Origin: Candidatus Binatia bacterium
GTDB lineage: Bacteria; Desulfobacterota; Binatia; Bin18
Reading direction: 5' to 3'
Length of the DNA: 64,000 bases
NCBI GenBank assembly: GCA_963664395.2
Contig: OY761159.2
Location: 2,784,001-2,848,000, forward strand
Under the pieces are notes generated by a model. The model worked only from the letters and a program-made list of their open reading frames with translations, did not search any database and was not told where the DNA came from. Below, one piece after another: positions 60,612-64,000 of this stretch. Numbering within the stretch: the first letter of the stretch is position 1; every line of letters begins with the position of its first letter. The position numbers were made by a program, and so were the translations under genes.

Positions 60612-61487
60612 ATGCTCACTTCGGAACAACTCAAAGCGGTCCGTAAGATTCATATTCGGACCAGCCATCTGGTCAGCGATGTCTTTGCCGGCCAATACCA
60701 GAGCGCGTTCAAAGGCCACGGCATGGAGTTTGCCGAGGTACGGCAATACTTCCCCGGTGATGATGTACGCGCCATTGATTGGAACGTCACCGCCCGGACG
60801 GGCATCCCACACGTCAAACGGTTTAGTGAAGAGCGCGAACTCACGGTTATGCTCTTGGTGGATGCCAGTGCCTCGACGCAGTTTGGGACCGTTTCTCAGT
60901 TGAAGAGTACTATGGCCGCGGAAATGGCGGCCCTGTTTGCATTCTCGGCCATCACCAATAATGACAAAGTCGGTCTGGTGATGTTCAGTAACGAGGTCGA
61001 GTTGGCGCTTCCACCCAAGAAGGGCACGCGGCATGTCCTGCGTGTTATCCGTGAGGTGCTCTCATTTCAGAGCCGCCAGCGCGGCACAAATATCGCCGCC
61101 GCCCTGGAACATCTGAGTCATGTCAGTAAGCGCCGGGCGGTTGTCTTTCTCATCTCTGACTTGCTCGATCCTCACGCCGCCCTGGCGCTGAAAATTGCCA
61201 ATCATCGGCATGACGTGATTGCTATTGTGTTAGACGACCCCCGCGAGCTGAGCCTGCCAAACATCGGACTGATTGAGCTTCAGGATGCGGAAACAGGAGA
61301 GCGAGAGCTGGTTGATACCGGTGACCGACTGGTTCGGGAAGAGTTTGCCCAGCGGGCAGCCGCGGCCCGAAACGACAGAGACCGCATGTTGCGTCGCGCA
61401 AACGCAGACACCATTACGGTTCGTACTGACCAGCCATATGTGGAAGCTTTACTGCGCTTCTTTCGCATGCGCGAGAAGCGGCAGTAA
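60612..61487 (+). CDS. DUF58 family protein
   Basis: GMEFAEVRQYFPGDDVRAIDWNVTAR. Confidence 0.93.
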   Translation: MLTSEQLKAVRKIHIRTSHLVSDVFAGQYQSAFKGHGMEFAEVRQYFPGDDVRAIDWNVTARTGIPHVKRFSEERELTVMLLVDASASTQFGTVSQLKSTMAAEMAALFAFSAITNNDKVGLVMFSNEVELALPPKKGTRHVLRVIREVLSFQSRQRGTNIAAALEHLSHVSKRRAVVFLISDLLDPHAALALKIANHRHDVIAIVLDDPRELSLPNIGLIELQDAETGERELVDTGDRLVREEFAQRAAAARNDRDRMLRRANADTITVRTDQPYVEALLRFFRMREKRQ

Positions 61488-61501
61488 GTGCTGAATTTCT
61501 C

Positions 61502-62527
61502 ATGATACGCCCCCCTCTTGTCGCCCTCAAGACGCCTCTGGCATTGCTGCTCGCCGCGTGGCAACTGCTCATCCTCCCTGCCCCGGCCCGGACGGCTTCG
61601 GACGCAGCTGAGCCGGCGGGTCCGGTTCACATCCGGACCAATGTCGATCGGGCTGAAATCACTATCGGTGATTACATCCGATACACCATTGCGATCGGCG
61701 CGGAGGCAGGGATAGACGTCTCTGTCCCGCTGTTGCACGACCGCGCCGGCGATTTTGACATTATCGACTTTGGTCAGGAGCCAGCGCAGTCGCAGGCTGG
61801 GCGCACCACACTCACACAGTGGTACACGCTCACCATTTTCACCACGGGCTACCACATTGTCCCCGCACCCAGCGTACCCTATACCACGCCGGACGGGACA
61901 CGGCACGAGGCCGCCGGCGAGGCAATCCGCATCCATGTGGCCAGCTTGTTCACGCAGGAAGGGCAACCGACCGACATTCGCGATATCAAACCACCGGAAG
62001 ACATCCCCTTTAACTGGCGCCCGTATCTCCTGGGTGGAACTCTCCTGGCCGCTGTCCTCGGCATTGGGGTCGCCCTCTACTCTTTTCTCAAGCGCTTTCG
62101 TCGGACGGCGACCGCTCCACCCCGACCAGCCTATGAGGTCGCCCGTGAGGCCCTGTCTCAATTGCGGGCCAAGCAATTACCTCAAGCCGGTCAGTTCGAG
62201 GTGTATTATGTTGCGCTGTCTGCTATCGTCCGGACCTATCTGGAAGATGGACTCAACGTGCGCGCCCCGGAAATGACAACAGAAGAATTCCTCTCCGCAG
62301 TCACACGCGATACTCGCCTCAGCCGTCTCCCTGCGGCCCAACAGCGCCTACTCGGCGCATTCTTATCCCAAGCGGATTTAGTTAAATTCGCACGACATAT
62401 ACCGAGCCTGGATGACAGCGATGCGGCCCATGAAGCTGCCGGACGGTTTGTGGACGAAACGCGGCAGTCTGAGACGCTCTCTCACGAGGAAGACCGGCCG
62501 CGGGAGGATCGCTATGCGGCTGCATGA
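61502..62527 (+). CDS. BatD-like membrane protein
   Basis: Signal peptide, DIRDIKPP, TM helix, EMTTEEFL, ADLVKFA. Confidence 0.8.
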   Translation: MIRPPLVALKTPLALLLAAWQLLILPAPARTASDAAEPAGPVHIRTNVDRAEITIGDYIRYTIAIGAEAGIDVSVPLLHDRAGDFDIIDFGQEPAQSQAGRTTLTQWYTLTIFTTGYHIVPAPSVPYTTPDGTRHEAAGEAIRIHVASLFTQEGQPTDIRDIKPPEDIPFNWRPYLLGGTLLAAVLGIGVALYSFLKRFRRTATAPPRPAYEVAREALSQLRAKQLPQAGQFEVYYVALSAIVRTYLEDGLNVRAPEMTTEEFLSAVTRDTRLSRLPAAQQRLLGAFLSQADLVKFARHIPSLDDSDAAHEAAGRFVDETRQSETLSHEEDRPREDRYAAA

Positions 62528-63503
62528 CCCATGGTTGCTGCTTGTCCTGCTCTTCATCCCGCTTGTCTTTTGGCTCCGGCGCAAAGATGAGGCGGCAGTC
62601 CGCTATTCCAGCCTGACTCTCCTGCGTTCCCTGACGCATACCGGGAAGCGGCACTGGCGTTGGATTTTGCCTGTTTTCCGGGGGACGGCCCTCTTTCTGC
62701 TCGTCCTCGCTCTGGCCCGCCCGCAGCTCGGCAAGGCCGAGAGTCAGTATTACGCCGAAGGCATCGATATTGTGCTGGCCGTTGACATTTCGAGCAGCAT
62801 GTTGTCCGAAGACTTCAGCCTGGACGACGGTCGAGCCAACCGGCTGGAGGTTGTGAAGTCTGTGGTCAGAGATTTTGTGGCCGCCCGAGGCGGGGACCGG
62901 ATTGGCCTCGTCCTGTTTAGCGCCCGTCCGTATACCCAGTGTCCGCTCACACTCGATCACGGCTGGTTGTTGCAAAATCTGGCGCGGGCCGAGATCGGGA
63001 TGATTGAGGATGGCACGGCTCTTGGCTCTGCCCTGGCAACTGCGGCCGGTCGTTTGGAGCACTCGGCCGCGGACAGTAAGATCGTGATTCTACTCACCGA
63101 CGGGCAGAACAATGCCGGCCGGATATCTCCACTCACCGCGGCGGAGGCGGCGAGCGTGCTGCGCATCAAGGTGTATACCATTGGCGCCGGGACGCGCGGC
63201 ATGGCTCCCTATCCGACCCGGGATATGTTTGGCACTACAGTCTATCGTCCCATACGGGTTGATATCGACGAAGAGATGTTATCGAAAATTGCCAAGACAA
63301 CCGGCGGCCGCTATTTTCGCGCAACAGACACGGCCAGCCTCCAGTCCATTTACGAGACTATTGACCAGTTGGAGCGAACGACTTTTCGCGCGCCCGACTA
63401 TCTTGATTATTATGAACTCTACCCCTGGTGCATCGTGTGTGCGCTTGCTCTGGTCGGCCTGGAAGCAGGTCTGAATCACACCATCCTGCGAAAGCTGCCC
63501 TAA
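62514..63503 (+). CDS. vWA-domain protein (BatA-like)
   Basis: ALARPQ, DISSSM MIDAS, LLTDG, TGGRYFRA. Confidence 0.92.
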   Translation: MRLHDPWLLLVLLFIPLVFWLRRKDEAAVRYSSLTLLRSLTHTGKRHWRWILPVFRGTALFLLVLALARPQLGKAESQYYAEGIDIVLAVDISSSMLSEDFSLDDGRANRLEVVKSVVRDFVAARGGDRIGLVLFSARPYTQCPLTLDHGWLLQNLARAEIGMIEDGTALGSALATAAGRLEHSAADSKIVILLTDGQNNAGRISPLTAAEAASVLRIKVYTIGAGTRGMAPYPTRDMFGTTVYRPIRVDIDEEMLSKIAKTTGGRYFRATDTASLQSIYETIDQLERTTFRAPDYLDYYELYPWCIVCALALVGLEAGLNHTILRKLP

Positions 63504-64000
63504 TGGTTTGGCGTACTCCCCAGTTTTTGTGGCTGTTGGTGTGTGTCCCCCTTATTGCCGGTCTCCTGGTGTGGGCACTGCGGCGGCGGCGGCGGGCGTT
63601 AGAACAGTTTGCCCAAGCCAATCTCTTACCGGTTCTTACGTCTGATACGGATCCGCGCGGTCAACAGTGGCGGGCGGGTCTCTTGGTGGTGACGCTGGCA
63701 CTCCTTATTCTTGCCCTGGCAGGACCGCGTTGGGGGTTTCAATGGGAAGAGGTCCGACGTGAGGGGGTGGATATCGTTGTCGCGCTTGACACCTCCCGCA
63801 GTATGCTGGCAACGGACGTCACCCCGACTCGGTTGGACCGCGCTAAACTGGCCCTCCAGGATTTTGTGCAGCAGCTTCAGGGCGATCGGATTGGACTCAT
63901 CGCCTTTGCCGGTTCTGCTTTTGTCCAATGTCCCTTGACACTGGATTACGGTGCCTTTTTGGAAAGCCTGCGTTCCGTCACGGTCGGTATTATCCCCAAG
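63503..64000 (+). CDS. vWA-domain protein (BatB-like), runs off the window end
   Basis: ATG at 63503; ALAGPRWG, DTSRSM, DRIGLIAFAG, CPLTLDY. Confidence 0.88.
   Translation, partial: MVWRTPQFLWLLVCVPLIAGLLVWALRRRRRALEQFAQANLLPVLTSDTDPRGQQWRAGLLVVTLALLILALAGPRWGFQWEEVRREGVDIVVALDTSRSMLATDVTPTRLDRAKLALQDFVQQLQGDRIGLIAFAGSAFVQCPLTLDYGAFLESLRSVTVGIIPK

Overview
GC-rich bacterial chromosome segment. Its gene content (many modular surface proteins, an ankyrin fragment, PAS-LuxR regulator, IS1595 debris) resembles host-associated or symbiont genomes; this is an inference. Housekeeping and metabolic flanks are EndoQ-UvrD, ADH, BVMO and TauD on the left, and thiEGS, purHD, AOR, formate dehydrogenase and a MoxR/DUF58/vWA operon on the right. 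They surround a ~28 kb island integrated at tRNA-Thr(CGT), bounded by a 48-bp att duplication (8961-9008 / 37124-37171). The island has a decayed satellite-like core (integrase, AlpA-like HTH, broken primase-helicase). Its main cargo is an array of large modular surface-protein genes sharing one Cys-containing tandem domain. Three of these genes and the adjacent PAS-LuxR gene carry the same palindromic operator (CTATCA-N2-TGATAG) at a fixed distance from a -10-like hexamer. A family of transposase-less IS1595-derived cassettes with conserved ends and different cargo occurs inside and outside the island. One copy carries the surface domain, another a methyltransferase-HNH fusion. A stand-alone three-gene operon with two BrxD/DUF2791-like P-loop proteins is a candidate unknown defence system. 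There is also one solitary type I-E-like CRISPR repeat. All family assignments come from motifs read by eye, without database searches.
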